From: Octopus bimaculoides
Lineage: Eukaryota
Reading direction: 5' to 3'
DNA length: 52,784 bases
Assembly: GCF_001194135.2 (NCBI RefSeq)
Contig: NC_068990.1
Coordinates: 23,951,738 to 24,004,521 of the forward strand
Shown: piece after piece, positions 34,836 through 47,312 of the stretch
Position numbering within the stretch: the first letter of the stretch is position 1
Layout: each line of letters starts with the position of its first letter
Position numbers and translations under genes: made by a program
The notes under the pieces: generated by a model
Database searches by the model: none
What the model saw: the letters and a program-made list of their open reading frames with translations, nothing else
Told to the model about the DNA's origin: nothing

Positions 34836-37208
34836 TTCTTCCTATAAAGGATCTCCGTTTTCTTCCAATCACAAATCTTAATCTGAAAATTTTCAAAAAC
34901 TGAACTTTGATATAGTTGTGTCTGCTGGTGACCAATATCACAGTTATCATTGTGGGAAATTTATAATAAAGAAGTTAGAAGCATTTAATTTTACGTATTT
35001 TTAACTAATGACGCTCAAGCCAATGTCCTCATAACGGAAGTCAAAATTGTTTTTTGTCATGGTTACTCCAGTATATCATTGCTTATTTATACTGCTGCAG
35101 GTGAAAGAATTTGGCAGGTCCTTGGTCTTTTACGGTGGAATTAAGGATTGATATTACTATCGCAGTAGACAATAAAAGTTATATACAAAAGATCTGCGGG
35201 GGAGATTTTCACTGCAATCCAATGGAGATTGACGGTGGTCTCTGCAGGTGTGGATTTTCGGCGGTGCATGTTGCGAAACTCGAGAAGCTAATTTAGTTTT
35301 TTTTTTTCACTCTATTATTTCGCGATCATGATACAATGACAGACTGTATTCAATAATCTGTTCTGCCAAGAACAACTATTTACAGTAACCTGTGCCGCGC
35401 ACACTTGCATAGTTCTAAGATGTCAGGGTACCAATTTCGTCACACAGCTTTAAGCGTGTAAACTCGCAAAACGGCGCTTATGCACTAATTGTTATACAAT
35501 GGACTTTTAACTCTGCTGGCGCCGCAAGCATGAAAGCCAAGATTTGCTTCAAAAGATACTGCAGTACATATCTTCGTTTCGCTAATTTCATAACATTGTT
35601 TTAGTTCACCATTAACTTTTATTGATGTGTTTTCGTTTTATTTTGGCTGTTATTTCTAGCGGCAGGTAGAAAATAATATTTTAACATTGTTTTCTTTCAA
35701 TTTAAAAAAAAAAACTCCCTTTTTTGCTTGTCTGGTTTTCTTTCATTAAATTCTTTAAAAAAAATATACATATTCACTTTTCACGGTTCCTTTTGTCTGC
35801 ATTTTTGCTGATAGTCTGTTTGTTGTCACGGCAACTATGGCAGCAAACAGTTTCGACTTCCGCTTGTGAGGACATAGACTCGTATTATTGCTTTAAAATA
35901 TATAACTTTAAATGTTAAACTTGTTAATTATTAATTTTTCGAGAAAATGAATGCAATATTCGTCATCAGCATGCAAAACTGCATCTGTTTCGAAAATTTG
36001 AAAAGAATCCATTAAGAATTGAAAAATCTTCAAGTGGTTGAAAGAAAACGAAAAAGATCCCCTATAAAAATATGTGAATAAATGAATTTATTTACTGTAG
36101 AAAAAAAATTAAGAAGCAATAATTTCTAAGTCTAGAAAGGATCGATAATGTTTTTTTTTTAAATATATATATATATATATATAATTTTCACGAAAACAAA
36201 TCCATGAATTTTTAATTTACAAAGATTATTTCTTGACCATAAATTATTCATTTTCTCAAAGAATTTTAATAAAAACATGAGTTAACTAAAACTATAAATA
36301 TTATAATTAAATGCAATGAAACATTTTGTCTGGTATAAAAATGCACGACGTTGGCAACTCATTTTGTATAAGACGTTATAATGATATTTAGTCTGGCAAA
36401 TATTAAAGACGAGCAATTTTATATGGCTGTAATAACAAGTTGGTGGATTGTTTTATAAAGAGATAAAATTCTATAGTAAACAGATAATACTTCAGTTTAC
36501 AATTAAAATGAGTATATAGCAGGAATTATAATAAAAACGTAGAACTTTGAAAGCGTTCGAAAGAGTGGTTTAAACAAGAATTACATGATAACTACAGATA
36601 TAGAAATTCTAGCCATAGCTTATGGCTCTGTGGTATTAGACAAAAACGTGACAAAAATATAGTGCAGATAAATTGCAATGTCGGAAGCCTATTAAAGGGC
36701 TGTAAATATATAAGAAATCTGACGTTTTGTAATTTCTATGCTCCAAACATTTTACGGTATAGATATAATTAAAACGAGAGAACAGGAGCAATTTTCTCCA
36801 ACCATAGCTTCAGGTGAATCAAAAACTTGTGATTAAAGTGTCTAGAAACAAATTGTTAAGATAGAGATAATCGTTGGATCGTACATGTTCTGTCTGTTTA
36901 TTATAGAGTGAATCCGTTGTACGACTTATCACCTCTTTCCGGCGCTTTGGCGTATTAATCAGAATCCCCAGCGTTAAAATCATTCACTCAAGGTTTGGGG
37001 TTTCTTCACTCCTCGCTCCGTTCTCGAAGGAGAAGAAAAAAATTCCTGGGACTAACCCTTCTCTTTATGTCTACCCTATAAAACAATTATATTAAGGATT
37101 GATGCAATATTTGTCCCTTAAAATTTCAGATATTTCGCTCAACGTTCGATGTGATATGACGGATCATTGCAGAAACTTGCGAATACAAAATCCTCCTCTT
37201 TATATATA

Positions 37209-37250
<42 letters not shown>

Positions 37251-37639
37251 CGTGCGTNNNNNNNNNNNNNNNNNNNNNNNNNNNNNNNNNNNNNNNNNNN
37301 NNNNNNNNNNNNNNNNNNNNNNNNNNNNNNNNNNNNNNNNNNNNNNNNNNNNNNNNNNNNNNNNNNNNNNNNNNNNNNNNNNNNNNNNNNNNNNNNNNNN
37401 NNNNNNNNNNNNNNNNNNNNNNNNNNNNNNNNNNNNNNNNNNNNNNNNNNNNNNNNNNNNNNNNNNNNNNNNNNNNNNNNNNNNNNNNNNNNNNNNNNNN
37501 NNNNNNNNNNNNNNNNNNNNNNNNNNNNNNNNNNNNNNNNNNNNNNNNNNNNNNNNNNNNNNNNNNNNNNNNNNNNNNNNNNNGGAAACTGTAAGAATAC
37601 TGTCGTACATATATATATATATGTATACATATATATATA

Positions 37640-37672
<33 letters not shown>

Positions 37673-37699
37673 GTATGTGTGTGTGTGTGTGCGTGTGTA

Positions 37700-37930
37700 T
37701 TTGTGTGTTTGCAAGTCCTTGTGCCTGTGTTTGTCACCCAACAATCGCTTGACAACTAGTATTGGTATGTTTACGTCTCCGTGACCAAGCAGTTCATCAA
37801 AAGAGTCCGATATAATAAGTACGCGGTTTAACAACATGTAAGTACTGGGATCGATTCATTCGACTAAAGACTATTGAATGTGGCGCCCCAGCATGGCCGC
37901 AGTATAATGAGTGAAACGATTATAAGATAA
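37700..37930 (+). mobile_element. SINE family B 3' half
   Basis: tcgcttgacaac...gtttacgtctccgt...gccccagcatggccgcagt. Confidence 0.8.
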
Positions 37931-38251
37931 CAGTATATACGCACACACACACACTCACACACGCACGCACGCACACACAAACACACACACACACACGCAT
38001 ACACACACGGACATATACATATCAAAATCCTAGGATGAAATTTATAAACATTTGATGCATCGCTATGCGCGTAAATTCCTTTCCTAAATTATTGTTCTTA
38101 TTATTATATTTATCCTACATTATATCGATATAACTTGATGCAACCCTGAAAAACTAGCTTACCAGTCGGCATTATTATACTCTGGCAAGCATAATAGAAT
38201 AGGAGCTTTATTGCCATATTCAAAACATTTCCCATAGATAAATTTAAAAGA

Positions 38252-38283
<32 letters not shown>

Positions 38284-38756
38284 TGTGTGTGTGTGTGTAT
38301 AAGAATGTCAATCCAGATGAAATTCTATCGCGTTTTACATGTTTGCGTCTTAAACTTTAAAATTATATTTTTTAAGAATGATTCGGATCAAAACGTATTC
38401 ATGGTTTATTATATATATATATATATATATATTCTTTAAATTACATTCATATGCAGGCGACAAACAATACTCGCTGGTTCCTTTGTCAATGGCATATTGC
38501 ATAAGAGACGTAGATGAAATATTGGATCAGAAATCCAATCATTCGATTCAAGATTGTGAACACATAAAGATATTAAATAATTTACTAGACATGGAGTAGG
38601 AGAGCAAACTAAACAAATCATAGTGTTATATAAACTAGAAGATAAATGGTTAAAACTCTAAACTTTTAATCAACACTTCAGTTTTCATGTCCAATTCTCA
38701 ATTGATAAACTATGCTCTCTGTAACTGCTCCAAAAGAGTGTTTATTGATTTAACCC

Positions 38757-39168
38757 GTCGTTGTGGCTCTGTAATTAGAAGTTTGCGTCCCAACCACGTA
38801 GTCCTACGTTCAGACCCACTGGGTGGTAATTTGGATAAGTGTAATCTAATTCAGACCTGTATCAACCAAAACTTTGTGAGCAGATTTGGTAAGCGGAAAC
38901 TGAAAGAAGCCCATCGTACATATATGTATATATCCATGTTTGTGGGGATATCTTTGTGTTTGTTTTTGTCCCCTACCACCGGTTGAGAAGCAGTATTGGT
39001 GCTTTTACTCGCCCGTAACTTAGCGGTTCCCGAAAAAGTGAGTGATAGCATAAGTACCAAACTTAAGAATAGTACTGGGGTCGTTTTGTTTGAGTAAATC
39101 CTTCAATGCGATGCTTCAGGATGGCCACAGTATAATGACTGAAAAATGTAAAATAAAAAGACGAAAAG
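38757..39168 (+). mobile_element. SINE family B, full length, diverged
   Basis: Head gtggctctgtaattagaagtttgc..ccaaccac, cggaaactgaaagaagccc, cgtaacttagcggtt, tail gatggccacagtataatgactgaaa. Confidence 0.85.
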
Positions 39169-39300
39169 ATATATTTTAGTTAAGATGAAATGCAATGTCC
39201 ATGTCACATTACATTGCAAGAGTAATGGGAAGGCAGAAGCAGGAAATATGTCGTGAAAATGGTAGCCTTGCGCAAATGCTTGCAGTATAATGCTGCCCTA

Positions 39301-39985
39301 GGGCGGGGAACTGGTAGAATCGTTAGCACACCGGGCGAAATGCTTAGTGGTATTTCATCTGTCTTTACGTTCTGAGTTCAAATTCCGCCGAGGTCGGCTT
39401 TGTCTTTCAACCTTTCGGAGTCGATTAAATAAGTACCAGTTATGCACTGGAGTCGATATAATCGACTTAATCCCTTTGACTGTCCTTGTTTGTTCCCTCT
39501 ATGTTAAGCCCCCAGTAGGCAATAAAAAAATAAATATAATGCAGCCGTAAGGCGGTGAGCTGGCAGAAACGTAAGCACGCCGGGCGAAATGCTTAGCGGT
39601 ATTTCATCTGCCGTTACGCTCTGAGTTCAAATTCCGCCAAGGTCGACTTTGCCTTTCATCCTTTCGGGGTCGATAAATTAAGTTCCAGTTACGCACTGGG
39701 GTCGATGTAATCGACTTAATCCCTTTGTCTGTATGTGTTTGTCCCCTCTATGTTTAGCCCCTTGTGGGCAATAAAGAAATAAGAAACGTTAGTACGCCGG
39801 GCGAAATGCTTAGCGGTATTTCGTCTGCCTTTGCGTTCTGTGTTCAAATTCCGCCGAGGTCGACTTTGCCTTTTATCATTTCGGAGTCGATAAATTAAGT
39901 ACCAGTTACACACTGGGATCGATCTAATCGACTGACCCCCTCACACAAAATTTCGGGACTTGTGCCTAGAGTAAAAAACAATAAA
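39301..39985 (+). mobile_element. Three tandem SINE family A copies (39301-39535 A1, 39550-39782 A1, 39782-39985 headless A2)
   Basis: Three iterations of ccgggcgaaatgcttag..ggtatttc...ttcaaattccgcc.aggtcg. Confidence 0.95.
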
Positions 39986-40396
39986 ATGCTTCCCTCTAAA
40001 GATAGCCAAAGGGATAGATAAAAATGTCAAACTAGGTAGCAGGTTAAGCCAACTCCCAAGTAGGCCATAATGTGATTCTCACTTGGAACTCAGAGATCTG
40101 CAAAGCACCCGTCCCAGTTTTCTTACATGTTTTTTATTCCACCTCTCTGATTATGTTTTTAAAACACTGAGAGGTCGAACGGCTAAGCTGACCTCCGAGG
40201 CATTTGAACTTGGAATGAATAGTGTTAGAACAAACATCACCATTCAATGACCCATCACCTCTCCCAATCCATCACATTTAAATCTATTGAAGAATGGTGT
40301 TGTAGATATCCAAAAAGACATGAAAGGCACGGTTGGAATTCTTTTGGTTATAAGTCTGGTCATAATCGCGCATTCGTCTATCTTTTATCAATCTTT

Positions 40397-40515
40397 TATC
40401 TTTTATTATTACTTGTTTCAGTCATTTGACTGTGGCCATGTTGGAGCACTGACTTCAAGGGTTTTCATCAAACCAATCCACCCCAGTTATTATTTTTAAG
40501 CAGGTATTTATTCCT
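40397..40515 (-). mobile_element. SINE family B 3' fragment
   Basis: acttgtttcagtcatttgactgtggccatgttggagcac. Confidence 0.8.
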
Positions 40516-40800
40516 TTTGGCTGGGACAGCAACAGGTTTAGTGACAGACGAGATTAGTGAAAGAGTGATAATATCCTTTTTGCACAGCCGTTAGATTCAC
40601 TTTAACATTTAAATTTAATTTGCCAAAATATTTTCGTCGCTTTCAGACCGATGTATATATATATGCATACGTTATCATTTTGAGAAGTGACAATAATATT
40701 AAAGAATTCAAAAGCTGCGAATAGGTGAAAAGAATAAACTCGTTCCTTTTGTTAGATCACAAGCGACACTTAAATCTCCAACCTATCTACGTATAATACT

Positions 40801-40847
40801 ATGCGTGTATGTGTGTGTGCATGCGGAGGTGTGTGCGTGAGTGTGTG

Positions 40848-40928
<81 letters not shown>
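40801..40928. repeat. (GT)n microsatellite
   Basis: Direct inspection. Confidence 0.95.
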
Positions 40929-40932
<4 letters not shown>

Positions 40933-42040
40933 CTGACAGGTTATTCGTATGTGGGTGCACTGTTATTGCATTTAGATTTTTTATGTCTTAATCAGTTTTG
41001 TTCACAGAACATGTTAAAACAATTATTGATTTTTGTGACATCTAAAACTCTAAAAATATATTGGGTTTTGAAACCATGGTGACAGCTTTGATCAAATAAA
41101 GATTTTTGGAAACAAGTTTTCCTACATGATTCTTAAAAGTCTTAGGTAAATTATTTTCTATGAGTCAATAGGATTTGGTAACTGGGTTTAACAGGATCTT
41201 GTTCGAGTGGCCACTCAGTCAAAGTTTGATGAGATTCAAGCGGAGAAATGCCAATTCTAGGAGAAAAGGAAATCAATGTTATTTGTTGTGAAGTGCGGAA
41301 TGTTTAGAATCTAATTTTGGATCATAGACATGTGAATTAATCTGGAAGAGGAGGTAGGATTTACTCATCGACTTCATAATAAAATCTCTTATTTGGATTC
41401 TTTGAACATTCTAGTTAATGCAGAATTGATCAGTAAGTTCTTATTTTCTATCTTGTTAATGATATAACATCGATTCTTCTGCATTGTTCAGTTTGTTGAA
41501 GTCAAAGATTCCTAATAACTCCCATTAACGGAAGGAATGGAATATCAAATAAACATACAAAAGAAAGAGAATATACGAGGATTTTCCATAAAGCTTAAGT
41601 GTGAAAGAATTCAATGGGATTTAATACAATTATATGCTAAGCGATCTGGAAAACACAGAACACAATCAAAACAAACAAAAAAACCTCAACAGAATTGCTT
41701 CACAATGTAATACTTGAAAAATATTGTTTGATGAAAACAAGCAGTGTACAATTGCACTGGATACAGAAGAGAACATAAAATGTTCAGTATTGCTAACGTA
41801 GCTATATATGAACTGAAAGCAAATTTTAATAAAATCCGTTGCAACAACCCATTTGTTCACCGTGGGATCTAAGGAAGAATTGTGGTGTAACGTATATATA
41901 CATTATTCTTACTTCTATACACGAACAAAGTATTCTCTGTTGTTTCTATAAGTAGTTATGTGTTATAAAATGCACCGTTGTCTTTCTTAGACATCGAATA
42001 CAATGAAAATATGGAAGACATTATTACTACAACAATCCAT

Positions 42041-42127
42041 ATATCTTTCTTTTACTTGTTGCGGACCATTGTACTCCGGCCATGTTGGAGCACAGCCTTC
42101 AAGGAATTTAGAGGAACAAATCGAGCC

Positions 42128-42210
<83 letters not shown>

Positions 42211-42340
42211 TTGAGATTTTAGTGTTACTTATTCTATCAGTCACTTTTGCCGAAATGCTAGATTACAGGGACGTAAACCAACTTACACCGGTTGCGAGGT
42301 GGTAGGGCGGGAATAGACAAAAACATACATACACACATAT
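42041..42340 (-). mobile_element. SINE family B 3' half interrupted by (ATT)n(AGT)n
   Basis: ccggccatgttggagcac...[microsatellite 42128-42210]...acttattctatcagtcacttttgccgaa...gggacgtaaac. Confidence 0.8.
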
Positions 42341-42341
42341 G

Positions 42342-42420
42342 TGGGCAAGTGTTTTCTACTATAGCCTCGGGTTGACCATATCTTTGTGAGAGGATTTGGC
42401 AGGCGGAAACTGAAAGAAGC
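42342..42420 (+). mobile_element. SINE family B central fragment
   Basis: tgggcaagtgttttctactatagcctcggg...cggaaactgaaagaagc. Confidence 0.85.
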
Positions 42421-42441
42421 TCTCTCTCTATATAAAAATAA

Positions 42442-42470
42442 CTAGCAGAGGCACCCGGCGTTGCTCGGGA
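42442..42470 (-). mobile_element. Helitron-like 3' terminus (hairpin plus CTAG|T)
   Basis: Minus strand cccgagcaacgccggg hairpin, 8 nt, then CTAG followed by T, which is the canonical Helitron 3' signature. Confidence 0.6.
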
Positions 42471-42726
42471 GGGGCACATAAAAGACACCATTTTGAGCGT
42501 GGCCGTTGCCAGTACCGCCTGACTGGCCCTCGTGCGGGTGACACGTAAAAGCACCCACTACATTCTCTGAGTGGTTGGCGTTAGGAAGGGCATCCAGCTG
42601 TAGAAACTCTGCCAAATTAGAGTGGAGCCTGGTGTTGCCATCCGGTTTCACCAGTCCTCAGTCAAATCGTCCAACCCATGCTAGCATGGAAAGCGGACGT
42701 TAAACGATGATGATGATGATGATGAT
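42471..42726 (+). mobile_element. SINE family F 3' part with RTE-like tail
   Basis: gagtggttggcgttaggaagggcatccagctgtagaaac...ccaacccatgctagcatggaaagcggacgttaaac(GAT)n resembles Ceph-type/RTE-mobilised SINE tails (recalled, not searched). Confidence 0.8.
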
Positions 42727-43866
42727 GGTACTTGGAAACTTTTACGAAAATTAAAATGGAGATTAAATGAAAGAAATGATTTACGTGAATATCCTCACAA
42801 GANNNNNNNNNNNNNNNNNNNNNNNNNNNNNNNNNNNNNNNNNNNNNNNNNNNNNNNNNNNNNNNNNNNNNNNNNNNNNNNNNNNNNNNNNNNNNNNNNN
42901 NNNNNNNNNNNNNNNNNNNNNNNNNNNNNNNNNNNNNNNNNNNNNNNNNNNNNNNNNNNNNNNNNNNNNNNNNNNNNNNNNNNNNNNNNNNNNNNNNNNN
43001 NNNNNNNNNNNNNNNNNNNNNNNNNNNNNNNNNNNNNNNNNNNNNNNNNNNNNNNNNNNNNNNNNNNNNNNNNNNNNNNNNNNNNNNNNNNNNNNNNNNN
43101 NNNNNNNNNNNNNNNNNNNNNNNNNNNNNNNNNNNNNNNNNNNNNNNNNNNNNNNNNNNNNNNNNNNNNNNNNNNNNNNNNNNNNNNNNNNNNNNNNNNN
43201 NNNNNNNNNNNNNNNNNNNNNNNNNNNNNNNNNNNNNNNNNNNNNNNNNNNGAGAGAGAGAGAGAGCGTGAGAGAGAGAGAGCGTGAGAGAGAGAGCGTG
43301 AGAGAGAGCGTGAGAGAGAGAGAGATTTGTTGTCATGTATACGTACATGCATAAATATGCATACATCTTTGTGTGTGAGTGTGTGTTAGTGCGTGTGTAT
43401 GAGAGAGAGAGAGAGTAAATACTACATACACACTGCTCTCACTCTGTCTCACACACACTCACACGCACACATACATCCAAAAATGATGGATGCATATGAC
43501 AACACACCCCTTGACTCACTCACACTCTGTCTGTTACTGACACACACTTACATAAATGTATACAAACATATTTACAAAGACACACGTGTGTATGCGCGCG
43601 CGCAATACCGGAAGTTGACATTGCATCACAAGTATGTAAGCTGTTGTTACGTCAATACCGGAAGTTGACATTGAGGAACCTTTTTAAAGAAGTGAATCAT
43701 AAATATAAAGCAATATTATTTATTTTTAATAAAAAAAATCAAATGAAGAGCCTAAGATTTATCCGAGGTCAAATTATTCATGCATCACAAGTATGGAAGT
43801 AAATAGTGAAGCCGTTTTCACGTGATAAGCGATTACATACACATCTCTGTTTTATATATAGTATAG

Positions 43867-43867
<1 letters not shown>

Positions 43868-43922
<55 letters not shown>

Positions 43923-43930
43923 AATAAATA
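43868..43930. repeat. (TAA)n/(TAAA)n microsatellite
   Basis: Direct inspection. Confidence 0.9.
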
Positions 43931-44106
43931 ATTTGGACACATAAGTATAAGTCGATTAGTGTGTTTAAATGTTGAGTAGAGCACCGGCACAGTTTGGGCT
44001 ACCTGTTGTCATCTGCAATTGTGATATACTTCCAGACTGATGGGTCGAAACATATGTTGTACCTAATAAATGTCTAATACGAAATCCGTCTTCTACTATT
44101 AATTAA

Positions 44107-44154
<48 letters not shown>

Positions 44155-44156
<2 letters not shown>

Positions 44157-44290
44157 CTACCGATTCGACTCACAAATCTTTGGTCGGCCCTTAACTATAG
44201 TTTAAGATATTTTCCCAGTGTGCCATGCGGAGAAATTGAACCCAAAACCGTCTGGTTGGGAAGCAAACTTCTTACCAGATATTTATGCCA
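44155..44290 (-). mobile_element. SINE family B head and core, diverged
   Basis: ctcacaaatctttggtcggccc..actatag...gaacccaaaaccgtctggttgggaagcaaacttcttacca. Confidence 0.75.
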
Positions 44291-45014
44291 GACTGACATA
44301 TGCCAGCACATATCCAATTTCAATTCAGCTTTCTCATTTGATTTCATTCACAAAATTTTCTTACGTTGAATGACAATTTCAATTTCTCAAACAGAAATAT
44401 GATGCAGTGTGATCTTTATAGAAACACTTGTTGTACTCAACTAAAAATATTAATTTCTATTTTCCTTATACTTCACTGTGGTTTCCTTTGTTTCTCTCCT
44501 TTTCCTCTCCATGTGTATTGCTATTATCATAGAACCTCACTCTCCATAACTGTTAGACTACCCGTATTCCTCACCACAAATTAATTTATCTTTTTTGGTT
44601 TCCTTTATTTTTTTTTTATAATTGTTTGTATTCACAAATTGCCGACACAGAAGTTTACTAGTTTCTTCAAAGTACCTCACACACCAATCATACTTTGTAA
44701 TAATTGTTTAGCCTAAGGTCTTTTCTGAATGAGCAGATATATGATCAGTCACCTAATTTATTTCTCAGCAAAATATCTTCAGGCTTGCATTATCCATTGA
44801 TGTTTTCCTTGGTTGGTACTTTTAGCTGATCAGGTGGCCAGGTGAAGGCTCTCTAGTATGTTTTGATTTTCTATGTTCTCTATGATTTGTGTTGATTACA
44901 TTAAGTGAGTACGTCAGTTCATTATCATAATTGCTTCTATCTTGTACAATTGCTCTTTGAACTAAATCTCTTCATGTTCATTACGCTTTTACTACATTAC
45001 AGTTGATGATACAA

Positions 45015-45400
45015 GGAAAAATCAAATACAATAAGTGTGAGCAACTCGACCACTATGTGATCTGGTTGTATTACTAATCTACAGATCAGTGTACATGACT
45101 GTGAGAGGTCAGAATATATAGTTGACGGTATAATTCAACCAGCAAAATTCACAGCAGTTTGTATCATATTACGGTTATTGTGTTGCATCTGTGAACAAGA
45201 CACTTAACTTACACTTGATCGATTTTCATGTAAGTAGTTAAGTCATTGTTACATCAAGCGGGAGAGGTGAGAGTTCTCAGTGTCAAATTGACAGTGGTAG
45301 TGTTAACATACTCATTTTCGAGTGCATTGAAGAGATCTTCAGCATTGCTACAACGAACAAAGAACCACTCTGGTCGAAAAGTAATGAAAGCCCAAGTTGA
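45015..45400 (+). pseudogene. Possible Ty3/Gypsy-like gag zinc knuckle and aspartic protease remnant
   Basis: GKIKYNKCEQLDHY (compare GKxCxKCxKxNHF) at 45015-45056, and ESSQCQIDSGSVNIL (compare QIDSGASVNIL) at about 45270-45315, at a plausible spacing; heavily decayed. Confidence 0.35.
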
Positions 45401-45771
45401 CATGGTGTCGATCTAATAATATCGATGACAAACAATGATTATTATTTCTCCACCAATTTAGCTGAAAGTGTTTAAGGAAATCTCCAATGTTAAGTTTAAC
45501 GAATATGTCCGATGATTCAAGATTGACAAAAATGCATAACTATTTAGTTCATTGTTTTCAGATTTCCCTACTTATTACATATTCAGCGCCTAATAGCACT
45601 ATTTTCTGTTGTGTTGAATCGGTCATCTGATTGCTTGGAAGCGACCGATGAGGCCCTAGTGGACAGCAGGTCGAACAATCTAGTTGATGAAATGTTCACT
45701 GAGTTTAAAAGTACAAACTACAGAATATACTTCACTGCTTCACCTTCGTGACTTTGATTCACGAAACGTCT

Positions 45772-45945
45772 AGTGCGTTGTGTTCTTGAGCAAAACGTTC
45801 ATTTCATGCTGTACCAGTTCACTCACCTGTAAATCAATAACTCTGTGGCGGACTGACGTCCCATTCAGGTTGAGTGTTGTGCTTTCGGTCACTATTACGC
45901 CACTGAAATCGAGTAGCAAGCCTTACGAGACCAAAAACTCGAGAC
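45772..45945 (+). mobile_element. SINE fragment: family C-type core plus V-domain-like segment
   Basis: gcgttgtgttcttgagcaaaac...cagttcactcacctgtaaat...ctgtggcggactgacgtcccattcagg. Confidence 0.6.
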
Positions 45946-46221
45946 AATATTTTTATTCTTTTCTTTTCTTACCTCAAGCTGCTAAGCTAGGAAATTCTTT
46001 CATACGCAGAGGAGGGATATTAGAATGATTAAAAACATCCGTTCTCTTTCGAGTGCAACTTCATTATAAGATGAAACATATAATAATAATAAGATTATTG
46101 ATCACTGACACAGGTACAAGGCCTCAAATCTGAAGCGAGGGAACAGTCGATAAACTGCTTCTTTCGCACACCGTATTTTATTATTTTAATTTCATTCCTT
46201 TGGAAAAAAGCATTTCGTCCA

Positions 46222-46375
46222 TCTTCACGTCCAAATGCCACCGAGGTCGACGTTGCCTTTTGTCATTTCGGGTGCGAAAAAAAAAGTACCTGTTGAACTG
46301 TGAGTGTCTTTGCAGCTGACTTACCCCCATCACCGAAATCGCTAGCCTTGGGCAAAAATTTGAAATCAATATTAC
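46222..46375 (+). mobile_element. Degenerate SINE family A (A2)
   Basis: caaatgccaccgaggtcgacgttgcctttgtcatttcggg...gccttgggcaaaaatttgaaatc. Confidence 0.65.
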
Positions 46376-46826
46376 AAAGCTTAATACACGACTCTGTAAC
46401 AACTCTACTAATCGATCTCTTTGCATATTCATTTCTAAAGTGAATTCATTCATGTGTTACCTGCTTAAAGCCAAAAAACATATTTACCTATCAGTAAATT
46501 GATTTACATGTATACAGTGCTAAGAAGGAAATTTCTCAGCGTATGAAAAATAATCGTGTTAAGAATATCTAATTTTAGAATTTTATCCTTATAGCTTTCC
46601 GTTTTTCGTTGCAAATGTTACCGTTCAAACTGATAAAAAAACATCGTTTACAATGGAAGAAAAGCAGTTTTCGAATCATGAAGTCTTTTATTTCAGAACC
46701 TGCAGTTTTCTTTATATAAATGACGTCATTCACAAGAATTTAATTTTCTTTTTGCCGTTGTTTCACTTTCTTATCATTTTCAGTCTAAAAATGTTAAATA
46801 ATCTTCACATTACACGTATGTCTGTG

Positions 46827-47090
46827 AAGGGTGCATCACCTAGTGGTTAGAGTATTGAACTAACAGCCACGATCTCGTGATAGTGATTTCAATTCCTAGA
46901 CAGGGTGGTGCTGTATGTTCTTAAACACAACATTTCATGTCACGTTTCTCTGCGATTAAGTCGACACCTGACGTGTGGTGCACCGTGCACCAGTTCAGGC
47001 CACGTGGATTTGGTGGAGAGCATGAGCTAATGAATGTTTGGTCAGTATAAACGAGAGGCTATCAATACACGTATGTATCAAATCAACGCG
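46827..47090 (+). mobile_element. Degenerate tRNA-derived SINE (G/C-like head, different body)
   Basis: ggtgcatcacctagtggttagag...gatttcaattcctagac...gacacctgacgtgtggtgcaccgtgcacc. Confidence 0.55.
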
Positions 47091-47312
47091 GTCTCTCAAT
47101 CTTTTCGAAGCAGCAGCCAAATCTCCCTTACACGCATTAAGGACATGTAATTGTAATCTTAGATTCATAAAGCCCAAAAATAATAAATAAAAAAGAGAAA
47201 AACAGTCGGACCATTTACAACTGCATTTCATTGAAGCTCTACTGGACAGAGTTTGACCTGAGATGAAACGACAGCAACAACAACCATACATACCAAGTGT
47301 GTTGTTTCCATC

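Noticed and set aside
33290-35150. Putative spliced mini-gene (MKNSKRFRNKKPP|gtaagt joined to the acceptor at 35098)
   Set aside because: Gives only a 27-aa unrecognisable peptide; such splice-like motifs are expected by chance.
41325-41440. Candidate exon ending in gtaagt, and a weak RT-like peptide (NKISYLD)
   Set aside because: No frame is open from acceptor to donor, and the similarity is too short to support.
43603-43673. Repeat-spacer-repeat resembling a CRISPR unit
   Set aside because: Only two repeats, animal genomic context and no cas genes.
45645-45687. Hammerhead-like ccgatga-ggcc...ggtc-gaac
   Set aside because: Two core mismatches (CCGAUGA, GAAC), no cleavage triplet in register and no stem I.
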